From assembly GCA_027604505.1 (NCBI GenBank), contig JADIIX010000043.1, positions 124,001 to 162,927 on the forward strand: a DNA stretch of 38,927 nt, given 5' to 3'. Positions 11,240 through 22,490 of the stretch are shown here, in pieces. The DNA comes from Gonapodya sp. JEL0774. Lineage: Eukaryota. Below the pieces are notes generated by a model, which worked only from the letters and a program-made list of their open reading frames with translations, was not told where the DNA came from and made no database searches. The number at the start of each line of letters is the position of its first letter. Position 1 is the stretch's first letter. A program made the translations under genes and the position numbers.

Positions 11240-14200
11240 ATGACACGGCAGGAGATTGAAGGGGAAGTGGTGGACTGTGGAGAGAGCGAGGAAGAAAGCG
11301 AGGCAAGCGATCGCAGACTCTTCTGTTGGAGCAAACTGTGACTAGATCGACAACTCTTCAACATTCATCGATTTCAGACTCTGGCTTTCAAGCTCTCACT
11401 AGGAGCCCGTGTGCTCTTTGCAGAGGTGGATTCTGGTCTCCTCCCCTACCCAACTCCCGAACAGATTGCTCCACCTAACTCCAAAGCACCGTCAGTTGAC
11501 CTCCTTGTTCTTTCCAATACCTACGGCTACATTATCGCAGGCTGCCGTAATGGTGAGAGAATTACATCGGCTGATTACTGCTGCCTGGATCAGGAAGAGA
11601 GGATACCACATGAAGACATCAACTTTTGATGGCTGACACGCCATACGTATTAACAAAGAGTCGAGCGTTGTCTCGATAGGTTTAAATGAAGGTCTCAACG
11701 AACTCGTCTTGCAGCAGGCGCTGCCTTTTTACGAAGATTCGTGCCGCTAGGAGTACAAAAAAGTTTCAAGTGACAGGTTGCTGTCGGGTCTTGCTCCCCT
11801 TCATTCAAGTTGGATACTTCATTCGTGTTTCTATTATCTGACCTCGCGATCTCTCCAAATTTTTTCTAAAGGTTTTATGTTCCTGCCCACCTCCTCCATC
11901 CCACTCCTCAAACCAGAGCCCACCACTCGACGCGAATTTATTTCGGCATCTACTCTTCTGCACCCGCAGCGTCTTTTCGTGACGATTGCATCGGACGGTG
12001 AAACGGGAGATAGTTTGTTCGTGACGCACATCTCGCTATCAAGTGACGAACTCATGATTTTTGTTGCTACGTGTGGGGACGGAGGGCAGGGTGCCGCGTT
12101 GCGGGCATATGATATTCCAGAGCTTTTAAAAGTGAGTGTACTGACAATCATATCCGAGGGGTGTCGTGGAGCAAAGCGGGTGATACTGGTACCTCTGAGA
12201 CACGCTGACGAGCAATGTTTCTGATTCATATTATGTTAAGTTTCTGATTTATTAGCCCGAAGTAATCCACTGCCTTTTGGTCGACGTTATTTCAGAGTTC
12301 TCCACCTACGCCCACTGCCATATTTCGGCTACCTCAAACCATTCTTGCACTATGCCCATGCGGCGGCACCTCCACCGACGACACACCCGCCTCCCATTCG
12401 TCTCCCTCAGTCGCGTGCATTACGCTGGATGGTTCAGTGTGTATAATGGACCTGGATAATGGAGAAATCCGCCAGAGGGTCCTCACAAGTGTGCCGTTTG
12501 CGAAGAGCAGTGAGTTCCAGTTTCATGTATATCTAACTACTCTCACTTCAACATGAATCCTGCACTTGAATCTTGTTCATCTAGTTTGTTCTGTCCTTGC
12601 AGCAAATCGTCTTCTAATCGGATTGGCTTCCTCTCTAGTACTGGTAGATCCACACAAAGATGAGGTCGTCCAACAAGTGGCGTTTCCACAATTTCTTAGT
12701 GGCTGGATAGCCACCAATGTCCTGATACTGGAGGTTGACAAGCCGGCGAGTGTTTGGAGTGCGGTAGTTCAAGTAGAGACGGAAGCGGACAATGGAGACC
12801 AGCAAGTGGATATTGTGGTGATCGAGAAGTCAGGTGTAGGTTTCGTTTTTCTGGTAGAAAGACGCGTGATTTATGCTGTGTGTTGTTTCACGACTCCTTT
12901 ACATCATTTAGACACGCGCCACCTTCAACCGCTTCCAATCGCCCACGTATCGTGAGATCCACAATGGCTGGGCCGAGAAAATCTTTGTGGCAGGTTTAAA
13001 AAACATGTGAGGTGTTTATTTGCTTTATCTAGTGGCTGATCCGCTGAAGATCCTTGTCGGAAACATCCCTCTCCCTCTCTTCCCTAGAGGCAGTCACGCT
13101 TATCTCCTTGTCCTTCTCTCCACCAAATCCTACACTTCTATTCTACTGCATAAACCTCTCGCCTCTCCTTCTTGTGCATCTCCAACGTGGTCACTACTTC
13201 CCCTTGCGGTCGACGGTGCTGAAATTTCTGTGCCACAGCATTTGCCTCCATCCGATAAATCTTTTCCACCGGACTCCACACCCCTCGGCTTTGCCATCGA
13301 CCTGACTTCCACCGTTCCCTACCCTTCACCGGCGGACTCGCCCGAGACACTCTACTCACCTGTCCCGCGTGTTGTGACTGTTACCGACGAAGGAAGTATC
13401 TGGCTGTACGATGTTGTAGATTTTTCAGAGTTAAGCAAGGGAACGTGGAACGTCACTATGGGGAACAAGGTGCGGGAGATTCCAAACAGGACCAGATACC
13501 CTTCTGGACCGGTTCCTCCATCTCCGCCGCCGGTCCCCACAAAGTCAACGTCACCTGTAACACCGACAGAAGTGGCAAGAAAACGTGACGTTTTTGGGAA
13601 TGCTGCAGATAAGGGAACCAACTTTGAGAAGCCTGGACTATTTGGGAATGGCGAAAGAAGTGGCACAGAAATTGGGAGATCGGATCTATTTCATACAGCC
13701 GGAGGGCCGAAGGAGACAAATTTGTCACTCGGCTATGCGGCTGGTCGGGACAAGAGCGAGTCAACGTTTGGGAGCAGCGCTTCCACTCAAGCGTTCAAGG
13801 ACAAGAAAGGCTCATTGATCGCTCCACTGCCGTCGTTCACCAGTTCCGCGCCATCAACACAAACGCCTTCGCCTGGGGTGTTTGGAACAGGGTTTGCTTC
13901 CGCCGGTGGTTCTCTGTTCGGTGGGCCAGCGAGTTTCGGGGGTGGCGGGAGCCTTTTCGGTACAACCACACCCACTGAAGGCGCCAAGGCAATCGAGAAT
14001 ACCGGCTCATTTGGGAGACCACTGCCAGGGAGGGGAGGGCTGCTCGGAGCCGGGGGCTCAGTGCCACCGGGACCCACACCAAAACTTCCGGCGTCACCTT
14101 TTGGCACTCCGATACAGAAGGGGCAGTTGAGTGGACTTCCTACCAAACCCTCGAAGCTAGCTGTGCCGATCCCGCAGGAGCCTTCCTCGCATCTTACTGT

Positions 14201-17200
14201 CCGTCAGCCAGCCAAGTCAGCTGCTTCTGTGTTGCCACAGCAAAGGGTTTCCCCGCCTTTGATGCAGAGAGTTGCGCCGCCCACGGAAGGTTCAACGAGA
14301 CCTGGCGTGCAGCTAGCTCAACGAATGGGTCAACTGGCGCCGACGCGAATGATAACGCAAGAGGGTGCTGCCGTCGGTCTTCACCAAGAGATGGGGAGAC
14401 TTTCGTCAGATATTGTCACACCCCGGCAGGAACTTCCTGCAGGACCTCAACGCCGTCGACCAGAGATTACGGTGATTGAGCCGGTCAAGGAGGTGCCCAT
14501 TCAAAGTGCCCGAACTGATGTCGCAAAGGTCAGAATTTCGTGCTGGTTCTCCAATCTCTTTGATACGGTCCTGATTTTAATTTTTCACACTTGCTAAGGA
14601 ACTCGCACGTACCTTCAACAAACTTTGTTGTGACGCCGCATCGGATCTCGAAGAACTCTCTCTTTTCGCTCATTCTCTTCAAATGAGATACCCGGATGTA
14701 ATTCAACGAGCTGATGGTATTGGGAAGCGAGTGAAAGATATCGCCGAAAGTGTAGAGCGGAGTAGGGAAGAGGTTGAAAAGCTGCAGGGGATGCAAAAGG
14801 AGATCACTTCAAGATGGGTTGAGGGTACGTTTTCTCCAGGCGCAAGCGTTTTTGGGACTGGTTTGGACTTCTGTTCTAACGACCACTCAGTTGTGAAGTC
14901 CACAGAGCGTTCTAAGAAGCTCAATGAGTATCTCGATGCCTTTGACGAGAACCGAAAGAAGTTTGACGGACTGCGCCACCATATGCGCCCAGAGTCCATG
15001 ATTGCGAGGCACTACGTGGTTGCTGGGCTTCCACCGGATGCTGAAGAGCTAAGAAAGTCCGTGAGGGAAAAGATGGCGGTAAGTAATCTGATAAATCGTT
15101 ATTATGAAACCGTGTTGACGATATTTTATCGGTCGTGCACAAGAGATTGGAGACCCGTTTGGCGGAAATGAAACACTTCATTGAGAATATGCGCGACAAG
15201 GTATATAATGGAGCGAGAAAGGCGTCGCCACCGTAAGTTCTTTTTGTTCGTTTGATGTGTCGGATTTTATCAGACGTTCCCTCCATAGGGACTTGGATGT
15301 TCGAGTGGTTCTTACGTCGATTCAGTCTATTACCTCTCGAGCTGCAATTCTTCTTGAACAGCTCAACTCAATTTCAATCCTCGTTCCGCGTTCAGCTTCT
15401 CCACCTCGACCTTTCAAGCAGCCTTCGGGACGCTACGGAATTAGCGATCTGGACGAGCTTGTCCTTAGAGAGCCATTGAACGATGAGCTGGAACGACACC
15501 TCACAGAAGCTATTGCGGGTGAGCAAGTTCGACAGGTACTTGCTTCTCTCGGGCAAGGGCAACCCCAACCGCGGGTGAATCGATATGTGAGCTCAACTGA
15601 GGATGGACGGAGTGCGGCGCAGGTCAGACGGAGATACCTCCCCCCAGAAGCGGTGCGGGACGAGGTAGAATGCAATTCACCGATATTGACGGAACAATTA
15701 GCACCACCACCAAATTTTGCTTCTAACTTAGAGACCAACGTTTTTGCATCTCCGCCTTCAACGACGTCTGGTGCGATTTTCCAGTCGAACTCCTCAGAGT
15801 TCCGAGGCACATCGGGTTCACCTTTTGATGTGGCGGGGCCGAGTAGCTGGAGAGAAATACCTTCAACACGACCTGATGGGCTTCAGCCTTTTGCTGGATT
15901 CAAATTGTTCAACCCGGACGCAAAAACCACAACTTACCCTCCGACTGAGATAATGCCGAAAGTACCTGAAGACGACATTGAGAGTCAAACCTCAAATATT
16001 GACGAAGACGATGAAGGGGAAGAAGGTGAGGAGGAGGTTGATGAGGAACTGGAGGCCGGGGATGCAATAGAAGCGGACGACAATGATGAAGGTGACCCTG
16101 AAGAATACGAAGAGGAGGAGGGCGACCAAGGGGACGGAGATGATGAAGGAGATGGTGACTGGGAAGACGCGGGTGATGAAGAAGAAGAAGATCAAGATCA
16201 AGTCGCTTTCGAGGATGAAGATGGGGTGTTGGAAGTTCCTGTAGGCATGAGTTCAAATCCTCCCTCCCGTCCATCGGACATCCCTGCGTTCACCTTGAAC
16301 TTCAATTTTACGCCTGACATCTTGAGCTCTGCAATGGAAAGCGCCAAGAGTTTTTCTCTTCCAGTCGCACCGGAAGCTCAGGAAGAGGCGGACGAGGAAG
16401 AGATTCTTCAAACGCATCACCCAGGCTCCCATAAGGCGCAAAAGTTCTCACCTATCGCGAAAAAATCTGGAAGAGCGCGACGTTTTGCGGAAGATTCCGA
16501 GGATAAATCCACTCAGGAAGCCGGCGAGTTACCGGTCAATGTCAGATTATCGGATGAAGCTATCTCTGCACTCCCCGAGTGGGCCAAAGCTTCTTTGAAA
16601 AAACACTTCGCAGAGTCAGACCGATCGTTCGCGGGCGAGTCCTCCATGTCCCCAATCCCTTCCACAGTACCTGAGGGCTCTGCAGATCTGGCGGTACCCC
16701 AAACTTCACTCTTAACAGTTGGGTCCACGGGAGTTGCTCCAGGTCTGTTTATGCAAAGTTCAAAGGAGAAACCTCCATCTGAAATGGAGCATGGCAAGAC
16801 ACCACCACTCGCAACCTTCAACTGGGGATCTTCCGGATTTAAACCAGCAGCAGTTGCCGTCGGATCTTGGAAATGCTCAACGTGTGGAATCACGAATAAG
16901 CCAACTGATTCGCAGTGTCCAGCGTGTGAAAACCCTAAACCATTGTCCTCTGAAGCGATCAAAGCCCCAGATAACAAAGGAGCCTCAGCTGCTGTTTCTT
17001 CTATGAATGCTGTCCTCCCTGTTGCAACTGCCGTTGCAAACCCCCTAGGGAGATTTGATTGGAGTGCTGCTGGATTCAAGCGACAAACTGCAGAACAGGG
17101 AGAGTGGAAGTGTCCTACTTGCGGGATCTCCAACAAAGCCAATGCTTCCCAGTGCGCCGCGTGTGAGACAGTGAAACCTGGAATGAAGCAACCTATTGCC

Positions 17201-19401
17201 TCCTCTGTGGCAACTACCGTTAACTCAAGCGAGGTGAAATCAGGACTCGTCTCTCAGCCCTCACAACCAGCAGGAGGCTTCAACTGGACAGCGGCTGGCC
17301 TTAAGGCACCAACATCAGATCCAGGATCGTGGAAGTGCCCAACCTGTGACATCAGCAACAAATCCTCGAACACAAAATGTGCATCCTGTGAGACAGACAA
17401 ACCCGGCAGTAGTACATCAGTCATGGTAGTCGAGACCCAACAAGCGAAGCCTCTGAGCTTTGGACCTGCTGGAGGGACTCCTTTTGCGCTCAACCCCGCT
17501 GCGTTCGGCTTCGGATCTGACTCCACAAAGCAACTCGCAAGTGACACACAGACCGTGTCTCACGACACTGCAAAGGACAAGGACAAGCCCGTAACTGGGT
17601 TTGCTTTCTCCTCTAATGGAATATCGTTCGCTGGAAAGCTGGTTGGGCAAGCAAACAGTGATACGACAAACCCTAACGTGGAAGACACTGGAACGGGTGT
17701 TAGGAAGGAACTTTTTGGTGTAGCCTCAACTTCCATTTCGGGAGGCTTTGTGCCGACAATCACTGGAGGCGGCATTACCTTCGCTGGGAAGGTCTTAGGA
17801 GTGGACAACTTCGGAGACCCTCCACCATCGAGTCAAACCACTGCGGATACCGCTGTGACGGGGTCAACTGATACACAGACCTTGGCTGCCGAAGAACCTT
17901 CAGTGTCGCAGGCGAACACAGACACAGATCCAACAACAACCCGTGCACAGTCGTCGACTGAAGCGCAAGCGACACCAGAACTTACCTTGACCGTTGCGAC
18001 TGAACCAATCGGCGACGCCACCTCGTCTCTTGCTCCAGAACCTTCTCAACCCGCCTCCTTCGCCTCAGCAATCCAACAAACCATTGCCACAGTCCACGAA
18101 TCCGCAGAAGACGATATGGCGACTGAAGCGCCGGTCTCTGAGGTTATGGAGAACAATGGTGTGGTTCCAGCTGGATCGAGCGGCCTTGGGTTCGGGTCCC
18201 TTGGTCTGGGAGCACCCATCTCGGGGTCGTCTGTGGGTGGAATGACGTCCATGTTTGGCTTAGATAAGCACGCGCTGACGAGTGAGTACTGTTCTGTTGT
18301 GATAAAGGACACCGCCTGATTGGATATTCGAAGAAGAGAGAGCTCACCGTGCTTGGTTGTCCATCCCAGCACCCGTTAAACAAACGGGTGGTCTTTTCAC
18401 CCCCGGCAGTTCTCTTGGCGCCGGTCTTGGCTCTGGTCTAGGCTCCGGCCTGGGCTCCGCGTTTGCGCAAAGTTCCACTTCCCCTTTCCAATCTCCCACC
18501 CCAAGCACCCAACAACAGCCCTCGTTTTCAAACCTTACTAGCACCCCGTTTGGCAACTCTTCCGTAGCTCCTGCGTTCGGTCAATCCTCGTTTACACCCT
18601 CGTTCGACACCTCGGCTTCCCAACGGACGCCATCCCAGCCCCAGTTCGGTCAATCTTCATTCGGCCAACCCGCATTTGGTACATCTACGCCGTTTGGTGC
18701 GGCAGTGGCAGGTACGAGACCAGTGTTTGGCCAGGGGAGTTTCGGAGCCTCCTCAGCTGGGTTCGGAGTGCAACCAGCCTCATCATTCGGAGGGGAAACA
18801 GCAGCAAGCAGGTCTACTGGGTTCGGATCGCTGCCGGCCGGTGGTGGAGGGTTTGCAGCGTTTGCGAGGTAAGTGGTTTTGCGACGGGACCTGGATCTCC
18901 GAATGATCCTCGCCCGAAGCTGGAATCGCTCTCACCCACGTCAACACTATTTTAAGCAATCCGGTGTCCTTCGGCTCCGTTTCAAATCAAACCTCCTCAA
19001 CACCTACATTCGGCTCAACAACTTCCTTTGGTGCATCCACCGCAAGCTCAGCCTTTGGGTCCCAACAACCTTCGACGTTTGGTGGTGTTGGCAGTAGTGC
19101 CTCGGCCTTTGGTCAATCCGCGTTTGGCCAGGCACAACAAGCCTCTGCTGCTCAAGGGTCATCGTTTGGCCAGTCTGCATTCGGTCAGACGCAACCGTCA
19201 TCCGCATTCGGTCAGACGCAACCGTCATCCGCATTCGGTCAATCTGCGTTTGGCGCGGGCTCGGCGTTCGGTGGGTCGGGGTTTGGCTCTGCTGGCGGTG
19301 GTGGTTCAGCGGGCGCCGGTACGTTTGGGTCAGGGGCACAACCGGCGTTCCAGTCGAGCGCGGCGTTTGCACCGAGGGGTGGGTTTGGGCAGGCAAGGTG
19401 A
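11240..19401 (+). CDS. NUP159: Nup214/Nup159-like FG nucleoporin, multi-exon: N-terminal beta-propeller, Pro/FG-rich linker, coiled coil, acidic tract, 3 RanBP2-type zinc fingers, C-terminal FG repeats. A short last exon after 19397 is unresolved.
   Basis: The N-terminus (E..TLAFK, LLVLSNTYGYIIAG, PLGFAIDLTS..PRVVTVTDEGSI) resembles the Nup159/Nup214 propeller. Helical segment at 14599-15400, CxxC..N..CxxC fingers, and many SAFG/AFGQ repeats at 18370-19397. Confidence 0.8.
16817..17407 (+). repeat. Three coding repeats, each F[ND]W-x3-G[FL]K linker plus a RanBP2-type zinc finger
   Basis: Units start at 16817, 17054 and 17279: WKCSTCGITN..CPACENPKP, WKCPTCGISN..CAACETVKP, WKCPTCDISN..CASCETDKP. 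Confidence 0.92.
19177..19241 (+). repeat. Perfect 27-bp tandem duplication (2.4 copies) encoding AFGQTQPSS
   Basis: gcattcggtcagacgcaaccgtcatcc at 19177-19203 and 19204-19230, then gcattcggtca. Confidence 0.95.
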
Positions 19402-20351
19402 GTTTCTAGAGGCATATTGCGGGCGAGACCGTAGCGCGCAGTGCTACAGAGATATGGGGAACATTCAAATTTGACCACGTTTCTGTTTTCCCCCGATTCG
19501 TCGCCCAATTGTACCGACCCGACAATGGTGCTTGACGGTTCACCACCTCTGCCTCACTTCATATATTCGTTACCTCCACCCCACCCAGGGGCGGCGCCCG
19601 CAACGATGCAGGAATGGACGACGATGACTAAGAGAACGGGTATATATCGCGCTGACTGAGCTTTGACTGAGGGATTTGTGAATGACGAAACAAAGGTTGG
19701 AATATAAGCAAAGATTGCAATTCTCATTGTATCAACTACATGTACTTGAATCGACAAAGAATGCGGGAAAGTGTCTAACGAGAAGAGGAGCGACAGTGGG
19801 GTGGTAAGGGTCGTGCCGGTGCTCACAAAGGTCACCGAGAAATCGGTTTGCAGAGACCACAAGGAAAGAGAGCAGGAGAAAAAGGTGTGCGCCGAGTCAT
19901 GCGCAGAGAGAATGACGAGGTGGTGGTGGGGCAGGACGATGGATTCAGGAATCAGAATGGTCAGGGTTGGTTGCGGAGATGGGAGTAGGATCGGAGGTCG
20001 TACGGATGAGTCGTAGCTTATGCGAAGAAGGTATGTTTCGCTTGTTATGTCGAGAATGATGCATTAATGGTGGGGTGAAAGCACAGTTGTCGGAGTCCAT
20101 TGTGAATCGTTTGGCGCCCTGGTCAAGTGCAACAGTTGTCTTGCCCCACAGGTGCGTCTACTCAGGCATACCACGCCGAAGTTCGTCCAAGCTTTTGTGG
20201 TGATGTCCGCAGTTCTCCACCCACTCCACACCGCTCCACAGACGGTCGCCTCGCCAGTCCGTAGGATTCACGTTTCTTCCCATTCTACCCCACCCCCCAA
20301 AATCCCCCCGCGCCCCTTCTAACATACGAGCACACCTCCACCTCAACAAGA

Positions 20352-20666
20352 TCATCGGTTGGCCTTTTCCAAGATTTCTTTTGCCTCGTTGACCTTCGAG
20401 GCAATGTAAGGGCTGCCACCAAGGTCGGGGTGATTTGCGAGCATGATCCTCTTGTGGGCCTCCTTCACCTTTTCCCTGGTTGCAGTCTCACGTAAACCAA
20501 GGACAGCTGCCGCTTCCCGGCGGGACATTTTGGCCTCGAAACCACCGCGGAGGAACCTGGAGGAAGAAGGGCCGGAGGACTTGCGGAGGACGGAGCGAAG
20601 GACGAGGGCCGAGGCGGCAACACCTGCACCGATGATGATGGGAGTGGCCTGGGATTTGGAAGGCAT
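20352..20666 (-). CDS. PAM18: Mitochondrial import motor J-protein Pam18/Tim14 (DNAJC19-like), intronless, 104 aa
   Basis: One N-terminal hydrophobic helix, then GGFEAKMSRREAAAVLG and HKRIMLANHPDLGGSPYIASKVNEAKE with the HPD motif. Confidence 0.95.
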   Translation of the reverse strand: MPSKSQATPIIIGAGVAASALVLRSVLRKSSGPSSSRFLRGGFEAKMSRREAAAVLGLRETATREKVKEAHKRIMLANHPDLGGSPYIASKVNEAKEILEKANR

Positions 20667-21047
20667 GGGGGAGAGGGAGTCAGCGATTGGGGATCAGCGG
20701 GTGCGCAAGTTGCTCAATGGAGTGTATCATGCATATTCCCAAGCAGAGTGCGTCCGCGTAGTCGGTCCAGAAATTGTTTAGAAAATTATTTTGATTCTGA
20801 TGGGTGAATGATACGAACCATCTCTGTGGGTTGGACGATTGGATCGAGAAAGAATGTGGAGTAGACGTGATGTTGGGGGTTTATTGTGACGTGTTACAAA
20901 CCAACACCTGACATGCGGCAATCGGCACAAGCGGCAACTAAATGCTCGCTTGGATTCGCGACCACTTCAGAGCATGGTCGACAAGACAGATAATCCAACC
21001 TGCCAATAAACCCCTCTGATGGATCACCTTAGCGTACACCCCCGTGA

Positions 21048-22239
21048 TTTGATCAAAATACCCTCTATAAGCTTCTCCTTCAATACGTCAACTTTCTCGC
21101 TATCATTTCTTCGGTATTCATGCACTGGAAGTCATGGTCACTCTTGGTAAACTGCGAGAGCCCGATGGTCGTTGTTCTAAGGTATATATGTATTCGTCAA
21201 TTCTCCTTTTCCATCAAATGAACGAGTCCTGGTCGCCGTCCTCAAATCTCTAGTGAATCCATGGAACCGGTCTTTCATCGTGGGTGAGTTCACACCGAAA
21301 GCCCCTCAATCAACGAGTGTCAAGCGCTTCCTTCGCGCAAAGTTCTTTCAATGAAGCTCCTCCGTGACAATGAGTTGCTTCTCCGAGCTTGCACTCTGCA
21401 ATTAATTGCGCTGAATCGCGTGAATGTGCAATGTTTGGTGAAAACGCCAGTGCATCTTCTCTCATTTCTGAACGACCCAACATCCCTCCTCAATCCCCAC
21501 TTCACCAACAGCGATCTCATCTTCTGCCGCCCCCTTTCGCGTGGGGGACATCCCCGTGTTCAAGATAAGGGACAGGCCCATCCCCATTGTACACAGAGTC
21601 GCGAGTGTCCACGATGAGTGAGTACCCCAGTGGAATACAGAGTCGTGAGCACCCTTGAGGTGAAGTGGACTTCATGAGGCTGCAGATCATGGTACCGAGC
21701 GAACCACACCGAGTCGCTCTATCACCATTCCCTTTCACCCACCTCTTTCCGCACGCTTCACCATAAGAGTATCCTCCGGAAACCAGTACTTCCTCACTAA
21801 GGGGGACCACAATCCCGATAATGCCAGAGCTGGAGGGTTGTGTGAGTTACTCGAAGAGCGGGGGATACAGTCCGCAACGCTATGTAAGCTCAACATCTTC
21901 CACAACTCATAATGCGCGAATACACTCCTCACTCACGTTTGCACCCCACGCCCTCTCGCTGCTTTTATCAGATAACTCCAATCAACTCCGGGTCTCCCAG
22001 GAAGATGTCATTGAGAAGGTCCAAGGGTGGGTTCCATGTGGTCCACTTGGCGAGGTCCGTTGCCGCAAAGCCTGCTTTAAACAGTTGGTTCCGCTCCATC
22101 CCATCGTGTCAATCTACCCGGCAACCACAGGGTCCTTACTTACGTCGGCAAGCTTACCATCATTATGAACGACAACCCCCTGCTTGAAGTAGGACTGATG
22201 GGAGTGCTGTGTCTGTTGATCGTGTCACAGAGGGAGTGA
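21048..22239 (+). pseudogene. SEC11: Signal peptidase complex catalytic subunit SEC11, apparently disrupted. Exons: ~21048-21181, 21254-21283, 21512-21617, 21768-21841, 21972-22026, 22131-22239.
   Basis: Spliced translation: ..[83 protein letters not shown]..SQRE*. Frameshift at ~21525 and an in-frame TGA at 21045-21047 with no ATG at the expected start. Confidence 0.85.
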
Positions 22240-22490
22240 AGGGGTGAAGGGGTGAGGATGTATGAAGGGGGGGACACGCGGTGCTGCGATTAGTAACAAT
22301 AATTATGTATTTTTGTTGTTCCACGGTTTCTCAAACTGTGAGAACTATGGAATCATGTACGAATATGTATACCGTTTTATGCCAACCGAAGTGTCAACGT
22401 TGTATAAGCGTCGAATCTCTTTGCTTCCCGAGTGTAACCCAGACCGAACTCGTATGACGTGATGCTTTTTCCAATCTTCCTCCTACCTCA

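Noticed and set aside
21351..22187. Short ORFs 21351-21617, 21821-22168 and 21912-22187 as independent genes
   Set aside because: They are fragments or off-frame reads of SEC11 exons and introns.
22235..22275. (GTGAAGGG)n-like purine run after the SEC11 stop
   Set aside because: Only two to three imperfect copies; ordinary low-complexity sequence, not telomeric.
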